64,000 bases of DNA from an uncultured Haloferula sp. Lineage in GTDB: Bacteria > Verrucomicrobiota > Verrucomicrobiia > Verrucomicrobiales > Akkermansiaceae. This document shows, one piece after another, positions 9,635-18,529 of the stretch (its first letter is position 1; each line of letters begins with the position of its first letter). Position numbers and translations under genes: made by a program. The notes under the pieces are model-generated. The model was not told where the DNA came from. It worked only from the letters and a program-made list of their open reading frames with translations, and ran no database searches. The DNA lies in contig CBFGTS010000004.1 of NCBI GenBank assembly GCA_965652295.1, positions 1 through 64,000 of the forward strand. The letters are read 5' to 3'.

Positions 9635-9724
9635 TTCTCGGATTCGGTAGGAATTCCGGATGAACATGCGCAGACTAGAGCGAGTTTTCGCCGGAGGTCA
9701 ATGCAGGGTTTTTTGGCGAAGCTG

Positions 9725-10558
9725 TCACCTGGGGCGCAAAACGAGAAAATTTCTTACCGGTTTGTTCCAGATCGGCCGGGAAAAGGCGGGTCCGCCCGTG
9801 ATCTCGGGCGAGACCCAGATTTCGGACGAGCGGCCGCCATCGAGATTCAAGGCGGTCTGGATGCGGACGCCGCCGAGATCGGTCCCGGCGAGCGCTCCCG
9901 CCAGTTGGGAGAGGGAACAGGCTCCGGTGCGGGCGATGACCCACCCGGAAGCGCCGTTCGTGGCGACGAAAGTCCGCGCGCTGGATTGCTTTTCACTCAG
10001 GCCGCCCACGGCTTTCCCGTGCTCGACGAGAAAGGGTCCGGACTGGAGGGCTTCGCGAGCGCCTTGGAAGGCATCGCGCCGGGCCAGCGCGGGGCGACCG
10101 TTCTTTTCGAGAAACCACCCGGCTCCAAGAGAGGAGGCGCGGTTCACGCTGCCGATGGGTTTTCCCCCGGCAACGACCCGTCCGAGCGGATCGCCCTCAG
10201 GCGTGAAAAATCCGCCGTTCACGGCGGCGAGGCCTCCCAGAGCGGTTCCGGCCTCCCGGGAATCCGCCCAGCGACTGCCTGGACCACCGGGTTGGTCGGC
10301 CACCCTGAGTGTGTGGCTGCGGGCATCGAAAACAACGGCTTCGATCGAAACTCCCGAGATGCTCGTGCGGACGAAGCGGGGTTCGCGGACAGGAGAGCGG
10401 TCGGAGGTTTCCCGGCTGGCGACGGGTTGAGTCTTGACCGCGGAAGCGAGTTCCCCCGCAGGCAGGGTAGGCGTGGCAGGAGCCTGCGGCGATGCATCCG
10501 GCAGGGCGGGGGAGCACGCCGTGAAGAGCAGCGCGATGAGGAAAAGGGCAGGCCGCAT
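9725..10558 (-). CDS. Phosphodiester glycosidase (NAGPA) family lipoprotein
   Basis: Lipobox FTAC; AVNGGFF, QSGPFLV, ARTFVA, ALNLDGGRSS. Confidence 0.85.
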   Translation of the reverse strand: MRPALFLIALLFTACSPALPDASPQAPATPTLPAGELASAVKTQPVASRETSDRSPVREPRFVRTSISGVSIEAVVFDARSHTLRVADQPGGPGSRWADSREAGTALGGLAAVNGGFFTPEGDPLGRVVAGGKPIGSVNRASSLGAGWFLEKNGRPALARRDAFQGAREALQSGPFLVEHGKAVGGLSEKQSSARTFVATNGASGWVIARTGACSLSQLAGALAGTDLGGVRIQTALNLDGGRSSEIWVSPEITGGPAFSRPIWNKPVRNFLVLRPR

Positions 10559-10671
10559 GAGCGGAGCAAAGCGCTGCCCGAACCTCCGGACAACCCTGAT
10601 CCTCGCTCTCTCCCCATGAGAGCCGGGGAGATCGACTCTCAACAGGGAGGAGAAATGAGGTCGCGAAGGAG

Positions 10672-13029
10672 TCAGGGCTCGGGGCCTTCCACGATTCGGG
10701 CGAAGCGCCGGGGTCCTTCGACAGGAATCAGAGGTACGGGATCGCCTGCGATGAAGGTGCTCCCGGCGAGGGGAGCGAAGTCATCAAGAGAGATTCCCGT
10801 TTCGAGGTGATACTGCACTCCGGTTTGGAGTCCGGTTGCGGAAAGAGTCAGGTTGCCATCTACGATCACCACGCTGCCGATTGTCAGCGGTTCGGGAGGA
10901 GCGGTCCCTGGGTCGATGACCGAGGCCGGCCCCCCGGCGTAGCTTGCGGCGACGTCGGCCGAACTCAGCGAGCCTTTCCAAACACGCATCTCATCGATCA
11001 TGCCGTTCCAGTCAAGGTCGCCGAAGTATACGGGCGCTCCGAGAAAATTGTCTTGGGTGATTCCGATGTCATGGACGGGACCTGCCCACGGGATGCTGTC
11101 GGCGAGGGAGCCATCGAGATAAAGCAACACCATGCCCTCGGAAGCATTGAACACCGCGACGGCGTGATGTTCGGCACCCGTCGACAAGCTTGGCGGATTA
11201 TCGCCTTCGCGCGTCGAGACCCGGTCCGCCGGTGATTTCCAGGTGACGGATGGGATGCCGACAGGGTCGCCAGGGTAGGGGGTGAAATCGAGCCATACAG
11301 ACCCGGCTTCAGTGGCTTGTCCCGAGCCAAACATCCAGACTTTCCGCCATGTCTGCGCGTCGGCACCGATGGTAAACCAGCATTCGATGGTCACGCTGTT
11401 GGAGGTGGCGAGCGTTTCCCCGATCGGGATGTTCGCATAGTCGAGGCGGGTGCCTCCGCCGGGCAGGTTGAGACTGCCGGCAGTGAGGGTTGCAGCCCCG
11501 AAAAGCTGGAGATCCGCCGAACCTACGCTGTCGCTCGTATCATCAAAGCTCCAACGGTGGGCGAGCGCCGTGGGGCCGTCCTCGACGGTGCCGGTGACAT
11601 CGACGCTGACGACGAGTTCCGGGGTGAGGTTGTCGAATTCGTTCGTGCTCAGTGTGACGAGGGCTGTCTTTCCACCCGCTCCGAGGCCGGCGGGATCAAA
11701 GGTGACAGGGATCGAGCCCGACGCTCCCGCGGGGATCGTGATGAAATCCTCGGAGAAGTCGTAATCGACCGTGAAGCGCTGGTGGTAGTGGGGAGCGTCG
11801 GGCGTCTCGGAAAGCAGCGCATCATAGATCTCGAGATCGGCGGTGCCGTTGTTCGTGATCTGGATGGCGTAGGATAGCGGACCGTCGGTGTTTGCAGCGC
11901 TTCCAAGATTCGTCACATAGGCTGCATCCGGCTCGGAAGAGCTGACCGTTAGATGAATCGTTTTGGTAGGATCCAGGTTGTCGTCGCTGGTGATCACCAC
12001 ATCGACCTCGAAGATGCCGGACAGTCCATCGGGATCGAAATCGACCGCCAGGTTTCCCGAGCCGCCTGGCGGGATATCCGCTGGAAAGCTCGAGGGGGCC
12101 GTGAAGAAATCCGAATCGAAACCTGTGATCGTGACGTCGCTGATGCTGAGCGTTTGGCTGGCACCGTGGTTGGTCACCGGGATCTCGATAACGGTCGTGC
12201 CGCCGGGTGTGGAGGCGCTCACATTTGAGACTCCCAACTTCGGATCGTTCACGGGGATGACGTCCGGACCGGATGTATCGTTGGCGGCGACGAGATTGGG
12301 GGTCAGCGCGCCATCCCAGATCCTCATCTCGTGGATCGAACCATTGAAATCGGAATCCGCATAGTGAACCGGCGCGCCGATAAAATTATCCACCGTATTT
12401 CCGAGGTCGGAAATGTCGTTCGGCCAGTCGGTGCTATCGACCAATGCACCCCCGAGGTAGAGGGAGATGGTATTTTTTTCCGAATCGAAAACCACCGTGC
12501 TGTGAATCGTCGTGCTGGCGGCCAGAGCGGCTGGGTTGGGGGCGGACCGAGTGTTCGACTCGGTCCCTGTATTGGCCAGCTTGAAGCCGGCGGATGGTGG
12601 GTTGCCAGTCACGCCGGCGCGCGGAGTGAAATCGATGTAGGGAGACGCATTTGATGAGCCGTTATCGCTGCCGAACATCCATGCTTTGCTCCAATCCTGC
12701 TGGGCGTTCATGGTGAACCACACCTCCACCGTCATACTCGATAGCCCGGCGATGGTGGTGCCGATCGGAACCGTTGCGTAATTCGTGCGGGTGCCGCCGC
12801 CCGGAAGGTTGAGGGAGCCCGAGCCGGTGAGCGCCGCGGAGCCCACGAGGATGGCATCGGCACTACCTGCGCTGTCCTCCAGGGAGTCAAAGCTCCATCG
12901 GTGTGCCAGTTCCTGGCCTGAGACCGGGGTTGCGAGTAATCCTGCAAGAACGGCGAGAGGGAAGGCGCGGTTCCGTCGGTGACGGGCGGGCGGACCTGGA
13001 TGGGGAGGATGGATGATCCTGGGTTTCAT
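10672..13029 (-). CDS. Secreted protein with two LamG-like jellyroll domains flanking two Ig-like (choice-of-anchor D/ASH-like) domains
   Basis: Signal peptide; two repeats LAHRWSFD...LPGGGTR..YA..PIG...W.K.WMFG...DFTP...NF.GAPV...G.I.EMR.W; two segments I.(V/I)TN.G...L.I...FDP; short C-terminal domain ending RRFARIVE. Confidence 0.8.
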   Translation of the reverse strand: MKPRIIHPPHPGPPARHRRNRAFPLAVLAGLLATPVSGQELAHRWSFDSLEDSAGSADAILVGSAALTGSGSLNLPGGGTRTNYATVPIGTTIAGLSSMTVEVWFTMNAQQDWSKAWMFGSDNGSSNASPYIDFTPRAGVTGNPPSAGFKLANTGTESNTRSAPNPAALAASTTIHSTVVFDSEKNTISLYLGGALVDSTDWPNDISDLGNTVDNFIGAPVHYADSDFNGSIHEMRIWDGALTPNLVAANDTSGPDVIPVNDPKLGVSNVSASTPGGTTVIEIPVTNHGASQTLSISDVTITGFDSDFFTAPSSFPADIPPGGSGNLAVDFDPDGLSGIFEVDVVITSDDNLDPTKTIHLTVSSSEPDAAYVTNLGSAANTDGPLSYAIQITNNGTADLEIYDALLSETPDAPHYHQRFTVDYDFSEDFITIPAGASGSIPVTFDPAGLGAGGKTALVTLSTNEFDNLTPELVVSVDVTGTVEDGPTALAHRWSFDDTSDSVGSADLQLFGAATLTAGSLNLPGGGTRLDYANIPIGETLATSNSVTIECWFTIGADAQTWRKVWMFGSGQATEAGSVWLDFTPYPGDPVGIPSVTWKSPADRVSTREGDNPPSLSTGAEHHAVAVFNASEGMVLLYLDGSLADSIPWAGPVHDIGITQDNFLGAPVYFGDLDWNGMIDEMRVWKGSLSSADVAASYAGGPASVIDPGTAPPEPLTIGSVVIVDGNLTLSATGLQTGVQYHLETGISLDDFAPLAGSTFIAGDPVPLIPVEGPRRFARIVEGPEP

Positions 13030-13071
13030 GGTGTTTTCTTGGGTTGGGTAGCTGAAGAGGGGGCGTTCCGT

Positions 13072-14580
13072 TCACGCCGGTCCGGCTACGGGCGTTCGGA
13101 AATGGGCGAAGGCTTCGCGCAGCGTCAGGCCCTGCCGCGCACGGCGGTCGTCATCGGAGAGCTGCCGGAGATAGGCGGTTCTTTCCTGGGCGGGCGGGTT
13201 GTAGCCGTGTTTCACCGGCACGCCCTGCCCCCAGAGGAGAGCGAAGTTTCCCTCCAATCCGAAGGAACTGGCGGGCCGGGTGAGGATCCCACCGATCGAT
13301 CCGGCACCGCCGTATTCCTTCCAGAAATTGACCAAGGCCTCGGAACCATGAAGGGGCGTCTCGTGACGGGCGGCCTGCCAGAAGGGCGTGTCGAGACGGG
13401 TGTTGAAGCGGTAGTGAAGCGCCAGGAAATCCCGCACGTCGTCCCACTGTTCGAGGTTGTAGCGGTTGTAGAGTTCCCGCACGGGAGCGCTGTTCCGCAT
13501 CTGCGAGTCGCGCAGTGCCGCGACGAGGGTCCGGGCCTGTTGGCAGATGATTTGGATGGCGGTGGCTTCGAGCGGTTCGACGAAACCGCTGGCGTTCCCG
13601 ATCGCCACGACGTTTCCGACCCAAAGGCTTTTTCTGCGGGAGCTGGTGAAGTTCACCACGCGCAGCGTTTCAGGATCGACCCTGGGGTTTTTCGCCAGGA
13701 ACTCGGCACGGGCGGCATCGTCTTCGAGCCATGCGGAGCTGTAGACGTAGCCGCGGTTGATCCAATGTTCGTGTTCGATCTGCCAGCACCATCCGGCGTT
13801 CATGGTCTCGGCGGTCGTGTGGGCCACGAGTGCTTCGCGAGTCCGCGGCCAACCGCCGATGATGGCCCGATCGCACCACAGGGTGTCGGAGAAAGAAACC
13901 GAGTCGATGCCCAGGGCTTTGCCGATCAATTCAGCGCGGAAGCCGCTGGCATCGAGATACAGATCGGCCTGGATTTCGCGGTCGTCCTCAAGGAGAAGCG
14001 AAGTTACGCGGTCGCCGTTGGTGCGGACGCTGGCCACCGTGCCGTTTTCGATGACGACTCCTGCCTCGCGGGCCAGCTGCTCCAAGCCGCCGACCAGGCG
14101 TTGGTTCTCCACGTGATAGGCTATTGCCGGATGCAGCCGCGGCTTGCCGTCCGTTCCCCGGAAGCAGGCTTTTCCTCGCCGCATCAACGCCGAAATGGCC
14201 CCGGTCCATCGTGTTTCCGGCCCGGCGTAGCACACGGCGGCCCGCGTGGTCCCGGGGTAGACGATCGAATATTCGGTGGCAAAGGTGTAATGAAACTCCT
14301 TGCGCGGTCCCCAGAGGAAGCGAATGCCCAGCTTCCAGGTTGGCTCGACCAATTCATGAAAGCGGGCGAGCGAGATCCCGAGATATTCATGGAGATGGGT
14401 GGGAAACGACGGCGTGGTACCTTCGCCCACGCCGATGACGCCGAGATCCGGCGAGCGCACCAGCCGGACCGAGAGTTCGGGCAGCTTCACTCTGAGGGTG
14501 AGTGCGGCCAGTAGCCCTGCGGTTCCTCCGCCTAGCACAAGGACCTCGCTCACGGGTTGGTCTTGGGTGCTATCCGGCAT
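13072..14580 (-). CDS. Flavin-dependent halogenase (tryptophan halogenase family)
   Basis: GGGTAG, IGVGEGT, catalytic-Lys region TWKLGIRF, DASGF, GWCWQIE (WxWxIP variant), NRGYVYSS, GNASGFVEPLEAT, VRDFLALHY. Alternative GTG start at 14586. Confidence 0.92.
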   Translation of the reverse strand: MPDSTQDQPVSEVLVLGGGTAGLLAALTLRVKLPELSVRLVRSPDLGVIGVGEGTTPSFPTHLHEYLGISLARFHELVEPTWKLGIRFLWGPRKEFHYTFATEYSIVYPGTTRAAVCYAGPETRWTGAISALMRRGKACFRGTDGKPRLHPAIAYHVENQRLVGGLEQLAREAGVVIENGTVASVRTNGDRVTSLLLEDDREIQADLYLDASGFRAELIGKALGIDSVSFSDTLWCDRAIIGGWPRTREALVAHTTAETMNAGWCWQIEHEHWINRGYVYSSAWLEDDAARAEFLAKNPRVDPETLRVVNFTSSRRKSLWVGNVVAIGNASGFVEPLEATAIQIICQQARTLVAALRDSQMRNSAPVRELYNRYNLEQWDDVRDFLALHYRFNTRLDTPFWQAARHETPLHGSEALVNFWKEYGGAGSIGGILTRPASSFGLEGNFALLWGQGVPVKHGYNPPAQERTAYLRQLSDDDRRARQGLTLREAFAHFRTPVAGPA

Positions 14581-14590
14581 ACTCACTGGG

Positions 14591-14627
14591 AAAATGCCTG
14601 CGGCGTAGGTCTCCCTTCACCGCAGGC
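14591..14627 (-). terminator. Hairpin (weak terminator or mRNA stabiliser) between the PEP-CTERM gene and the halogenase
   Basis: Minus strand GCCTGCGGTG-A-AGG-GAGA-CCT-A-CGCCGCAGGC-ATTTT: long stem, GNRA loop, short U-tract. Confidence 0.6.
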
Positions 14628-14647
14628 TTTCAACCATCCCCAAGAAA

Positions 14648-15466
14648 TTAACGACGGCGGCGCAACAGCAGCAGCCCTCCTGAACAAGCAAGCCAGGCGA
14701 CAGTCGGTTCCGGGACGGCGATGGTACCCGGTCCGGCCAAGGCATTCGCGGCCACCTCGGTATCATTGAGCGCTGCGGTCCAGATCCGGAGTTCATCGAT
14801 CGATCCGTTCAAATCCCCGTCATTGTAGCCGACCGCGGCACCGAGGTAGTTCTGGGTTGTGCTGCCCATGTCGGAGATCAGCCCGTTCCAGGCGACCGAA
14901 TCCGCCAAGGCCCCATCGATGTAGAGGGAAATGAGATCGGCGTTCGAGTCAAAGACCACGGTGGCCAGGAAGCTGCCGGGGTTGAGAGCCGCGGCATCCG
15001 TGGCATCATCGGTGCCGACCTCGTTGCCGCCATTGACGGAAAGGGCCCGGAAGGTGGTTCCGGGTGGATTGCCCGCGCTACCCCTGCGTGGGGTGAAATC
15101 GATGTACGAGTCGGGGTCTCCATTTCCGTCCGAAGGGCCGTCGTCCGGAGAACCGAACATCCAGACCTTGCTCCAATCCTGATTGGTGGTGGTCGTGAAC
15201 CAAACTTCGACGGTAAGGCTTGAGGCCCCGGCGATGGTCGGGCCGATGGCGACATCCGCGTAGTTCGCACGGGTGCCTCCGCCGGGAAGCACCAGGGTGC
15301 CGCCCGCGATGGAGGCGGTGCCATTGAGATTGGCCGTGGCTCCGCCGACGGAATCGCTCGCATCATCGAAGCTCCAACGATGGGAAAGATCGGTCAAGGT
15401 GGCGCCATGCGAGATGCCGGCTGCGGTGCCAACGCCGATGAGGGTTTGGGTAATGCGGGATTTCAT
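14648..15466 (-). CDS. PEP-CTERM sorting domain protein with a LamG-like domain
   Basis: Signal peptide; LSHRWSFDD...LPGGGTRANYA...GSIDELRIW; C-terminal VPEPTVAWLACSGGLLLLRRRR. Confidence 0.9.
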   Translation of the reverse strand: MKSRITQTLIGVGTAAGISHGATLTDLSHRWSFDDASDSVGGATANLNGTASIAGGTLVLPGGGTRANYADVAIGPTIAGASSLTVEVWFTTTTNQDWSKVWMFGSPDDGPSDGNGDPDSYIDFTPRRGSAGNPPGTTFRALSVNGGNEVGTDDATDAAALNPGSFLATVVFDSNADLISLYIDGALADSVAWNGLISDMGSTTQNYLGAAVGYNDGDLNGSIDELRIWTAALNDTEVAANALAGPGTIAVPEPTVAWLACSGGLLLLRRRR

Positions 15467-15729
15467 AGGGTTCTTTGTATGGGGCGGGACCCGCGATCAT
15501 ATGGGGGCACATGAGGGCCACGCTTGTCCGCAGTGCGAAATCGCTTTGGAAATCCCGCCAAAAAAATTCGGTTTTTTGAGGTGGAAAGTCGGCGGGGTGC
15601 TGAATTCCCGGATTTTGCCGAAAGCCAACGCCTTGAGGGATCGCGAAACCGCTGGCGGAGTTGACGGAGCCGTTCGATTGACGGCGGAAGACGCGACCGC
15701 TAGTACATGGAGTCCCATCCACCCACCCC

Positions 15730-16269
15730 ATGGACGAATCGACCACGATGTTCAGTTCGGAGCAGCTCCTGCCGCTGGTTTACGAGGAACTTCGCAAGCT
15801 GGCTTCGCAGAAGCTGGCGAGGGAGTGGGGGCCGCTGCCTACGTTACAACCGACGGCGTTGGTGCACGAAGTTTGGATTCGTGTGGGCATGGACGGGTCT
15901 GGCGAGTGGCGGGACGAAGCCCACTTTTTCGGGGCAGCCGCGCAGGCGATGCGTCGGATCCTTGTGGAGCGGGCGCGGGCGAAACTGGCGGCCAAGCGGA
16001 TGCCCCCGCGGGAATTCGACGAAGAGCGCTGGCACGAGCATGACGACCACATTCTCATGATCCATGAATGCCTCGGGGCGCTTGAAAAAAGGTGTCCGGA
16101 GGCGGCCAGGGTGGTGCTGCTGAAATTCTACGGGGGCCTTAGTACCGCGGAGATCGCCCGCATTGAGGGCATGTCAGCGCGCACCGTGGAGCGGTTGTGG
16201 ATGTATGCGAAAGCAAAGCTCTATCAATTGATCGGAGAGGCGTCCGATTTCCACGATCAGGCGCTATGA
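15730..16269 (+). CDS. ECF sigma factor, TIGR02999-type (kinase-associated)
   Basis: LLPLVYEELRKLA, TLQPTALVHE, HFFGAAAQAMRRILVERAR..KR; region 4 GLSTAEIA..EGMSARTVERLW. Confidence 0.9.
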   Translation: MDESTTMFSSEQLLPLVYEELRKLASQKLAREWGPLPTLQPTALVHEVWIRVGMDGSGEWRDEAHFFGAAAQAMRRILVERARAKLAAKRMPPREFDEERWHEHDDHILMIHECLGALEKRCPEAARVVLLKFYGGLSTAEIARIEGMSARTVERLWMYAKAKLYQLIGEASDFHDQAL

Positions 16270-18503
16270 CGGAAGGGGAGGAGGATGTCGTGCTGGAGTC
16301 CGCCATTTACCAGATGGCACTCTCCCTGGATGATCCCGCCGTCCGGCTGCGATTTCTTGATCGGGTGTATCCCCCCGGAGATCCGGCATACGACGAGATG
16401 CAGAAGCTCATCGGGTCGGTGGATGGCAGCGGGCGCTACTTTTCCGAAGCGAATGAGCGCAAGCAATGCTTGGCGCTGGAGTTCGCGGAAGAACAGGAGT
16501 CCGGGGTGAAACCCTTGCCCCCGGGAGTCACATGGGAGGACGCGCCTGGGAAGTGGCTGGGCGGCTATCGGCTGATCCGGAGAATCGGGTCCGGAGCCAG
16601 CGGACTGATCTACGAGGCCGAGCAGTTGCAGCCGGTGAAACGCCGGGTGGCCGTGAAGATTCTCCGTCACGGCATGGATACACGGGAAATCCTCGCCCGT
16701 TTCGAGGTCGAGCGGCAGGCGCTGGCAATGATGGACCACCCGTGCATCGCAAGGGTTCTGGATGCAGGTTCGACCGAAGGGGAGCGGCCGTTTCTCGTGA
16801 TGGAACTCGTCGAGGGCCTGAAAATCACCGACTACTGCGATGAGCGGAAATTGGACATCACCGAGCGCGTCCATCTTTTTATCCAGGTCTGCCAGGCCAT
16901 CCAGCACGCCCATCTGAAGGGCATCATCCACCGTGACATCAAGCCGTCCAACGTGCTGGTGGTCCACGGACCTGACGAAAACCACTTCCCCAAGATCATC
17001 GATTTCGGCATCGCGAAGGCGGCCGATTCGCGGCGGCTTTCCAAGCAGACGGTGTTCACCTCGCACGATCAGTTTTTCGGCACCCCGATTTACGCCAGCC
17101 CCGAACAACTGGACTACGCCTGCCTCGATATCGACACGCGGAGCGACGTCTACAGCCTCGGCGTCCTGCTCTACGAACTGCTGACCTCGATGATGCCGGC
17201 ATCCGCGCCGGAAGTCGGCGCGGTGAGCATCGCCCGCTTGCACGAAATCATGCAGGACACCGATTTCGTGCGCCCTTCCGAGCGCCTCCGGCTGTTGGAC
17301 CGCGAAGCGCGGGAAGCGATCGCCGGAAACCGCCGGACCGACTTCCAACAGCTTATGGCTGCCGTCCGTGGCGATCTTGACTGGATCGTGCTCCGGGCGA
17401 TGGAAAAATCACGCTCGCGTCGCTATCAGACGGTCAATGGCCTGGCGATGGATCTGGAGCGCTATCTGAATGACCAACCCATCAGCGCACGTCCTCCGAG
17501 CCGCCTTTACCTGATGCGGAAGTTCGTGCGGCGGAACCGGGTGGCGGTCGCGCTATCATCGATCATCGCGCTCCTGCTTTTTGCGGCGCTGGCCGTGACC
17601 ACCTCCCTCTACCGCCAGGCCCAACGCTCGCGAGATGAGGAATCGCGCCTGCGACAGGTGGCCGAGGCGGTGCGCGCCGAGGAAACCCGGCTGCGCCTTG
17701 AGGCGGATTCCCGTGCGACCGTGGCGAGGATCGCCTTCCTCCTTCACCAGGGAAAGATCGATGAGGCCGCCCGGCTGTATCGCGATGCCCCGCCCATCTC
17801 GGTCGGCCCTTCGATGGAGGCGGCGTCCGTGTTCCGCGCACTGGCAGGTTGGCATGCGGAGGCGGGACGTTACGAGCAGGCGCTTCCCTGCTTCCGGCTG
17901 CTCATTCAGGCGAACCGTTTCGATGACCCGAACAAGATCATGCAGGGACTGGATCTCATCGCCATCGGCTCGGTCCTGGCATGGTTGGCGCCCGCTGATT
18001 ACCATGACTATCGTACTGAGGTGATCGATACTTATCTCCCTGTCGACGGGCCGGTGGAGGCCGAGCGTTTGCTGAAGTTCTGTTTGCTTGCGCCGATCTC
18101 CGGGATGGAGCACGGGAAACTTCGGGATGTTGTCAGGCAGATCGATTTGGCATCGCCCCAGACCCCGCCCTCATGGGTGGGCCTGACGAAGAGTCTCGAC
18201 CGCCTCCGCGACCGGGATTTCATGAACGCCCTGATGGAGGCCCGCGGGGCATTGGAGGATCCAGAGCTCAAATGCTCGTGCCAGGCTTCACTGCATGCCG
18301 TGATGGCGATTGCAAAAAAAGGCTTGGGCCAGGCGGCCGAAGCGGAGGTGGAACTTGTGGCCGCGCGCCGGATCATCAGGGATGCCCACGGTGAGGACTA
18401 CGTGGCGGGCCAGAAGGTTCCAGTCTACTGGTTCGACTGGATGGTGGCAAAGCTGCTCGTCAGTCAGGCTTCGCAGGACGTTGCGGTTGTCGTCCCGCAG
18501 TGA
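16266..18503 (+). CDS. Membrane-anchored Ser/Thr protein kinase with helical/TPR-like C-terminus
   Basis: IGSGASG, VAVK, HRDIKPSN, DFG, GTPIYASPEQ, DVYSLG; TM helix after VRRNR. ATGA overlap with the sigma stop codon. Confidence 0.93.
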   Translation: MTEGEEDVVLESAIYQMALSLDDPAVRLRFLDRVYPPGDPAYDEMQKLIGSVDGSGRYFSEANERKQCLALEFAEEQESGVKPLPPGVTWEDAPGKWLGGYRLIRRIGSGASGLIYEAEQLQPVKRRVAVKILRHGMDTREILARFEVERQALAMMDHPCIARVLDAGSTEGERPFLVMELVEGLKITDYCDERKLDITERVHLFIQVCQAIQHAHLKGIIHRDIKPSNVLVVHGPDENHFPKIIDFGIAKAADSRRLSKQTVFTSHDQFFGTPIYASPEQLDYACLDIDTRSDVYSLGVLLYELLTSMMPASAPEVGAVSIARLHEIMQDTDFVRPSERLRLLDREAREAIAGNRRTDFQQLMAAVRGDLDWIVLRAMEKSRSRRYQTVNGLAMDLERYLNDQPISARPPSRLYLMRKFVRRNRVAVALSSIIALLLFAALAVTTSLYRQAQRSRDEESRLRQVAEAVRAEETRLRLEADSRATVARIAFLLHQGKIDEAARLYRDAPPISVGPSMEAASVFRALAGWHAEAGRYEQALPCFRLLIQANRFDDPNKIMQGLDLIAIGSVLAWLAPADYHDYRTEVIDTYLPVDGPVEAERLLKFCLLAPISGMEHGKLRDVVRQIDLASPQTPPSWVGLTKSLDRLRDRDFMNALMEARGALEDPELKCSCQASLHAVMAIAKKGLGQAAEAEVELVAARRIIRDAHGEDYVAGQKVPVYWFDWMVAKLLVSQASQDVAVVVPQ

Positions 18504-18529
18504 AACCGCCGACATTGCGGTGAGCCGGG

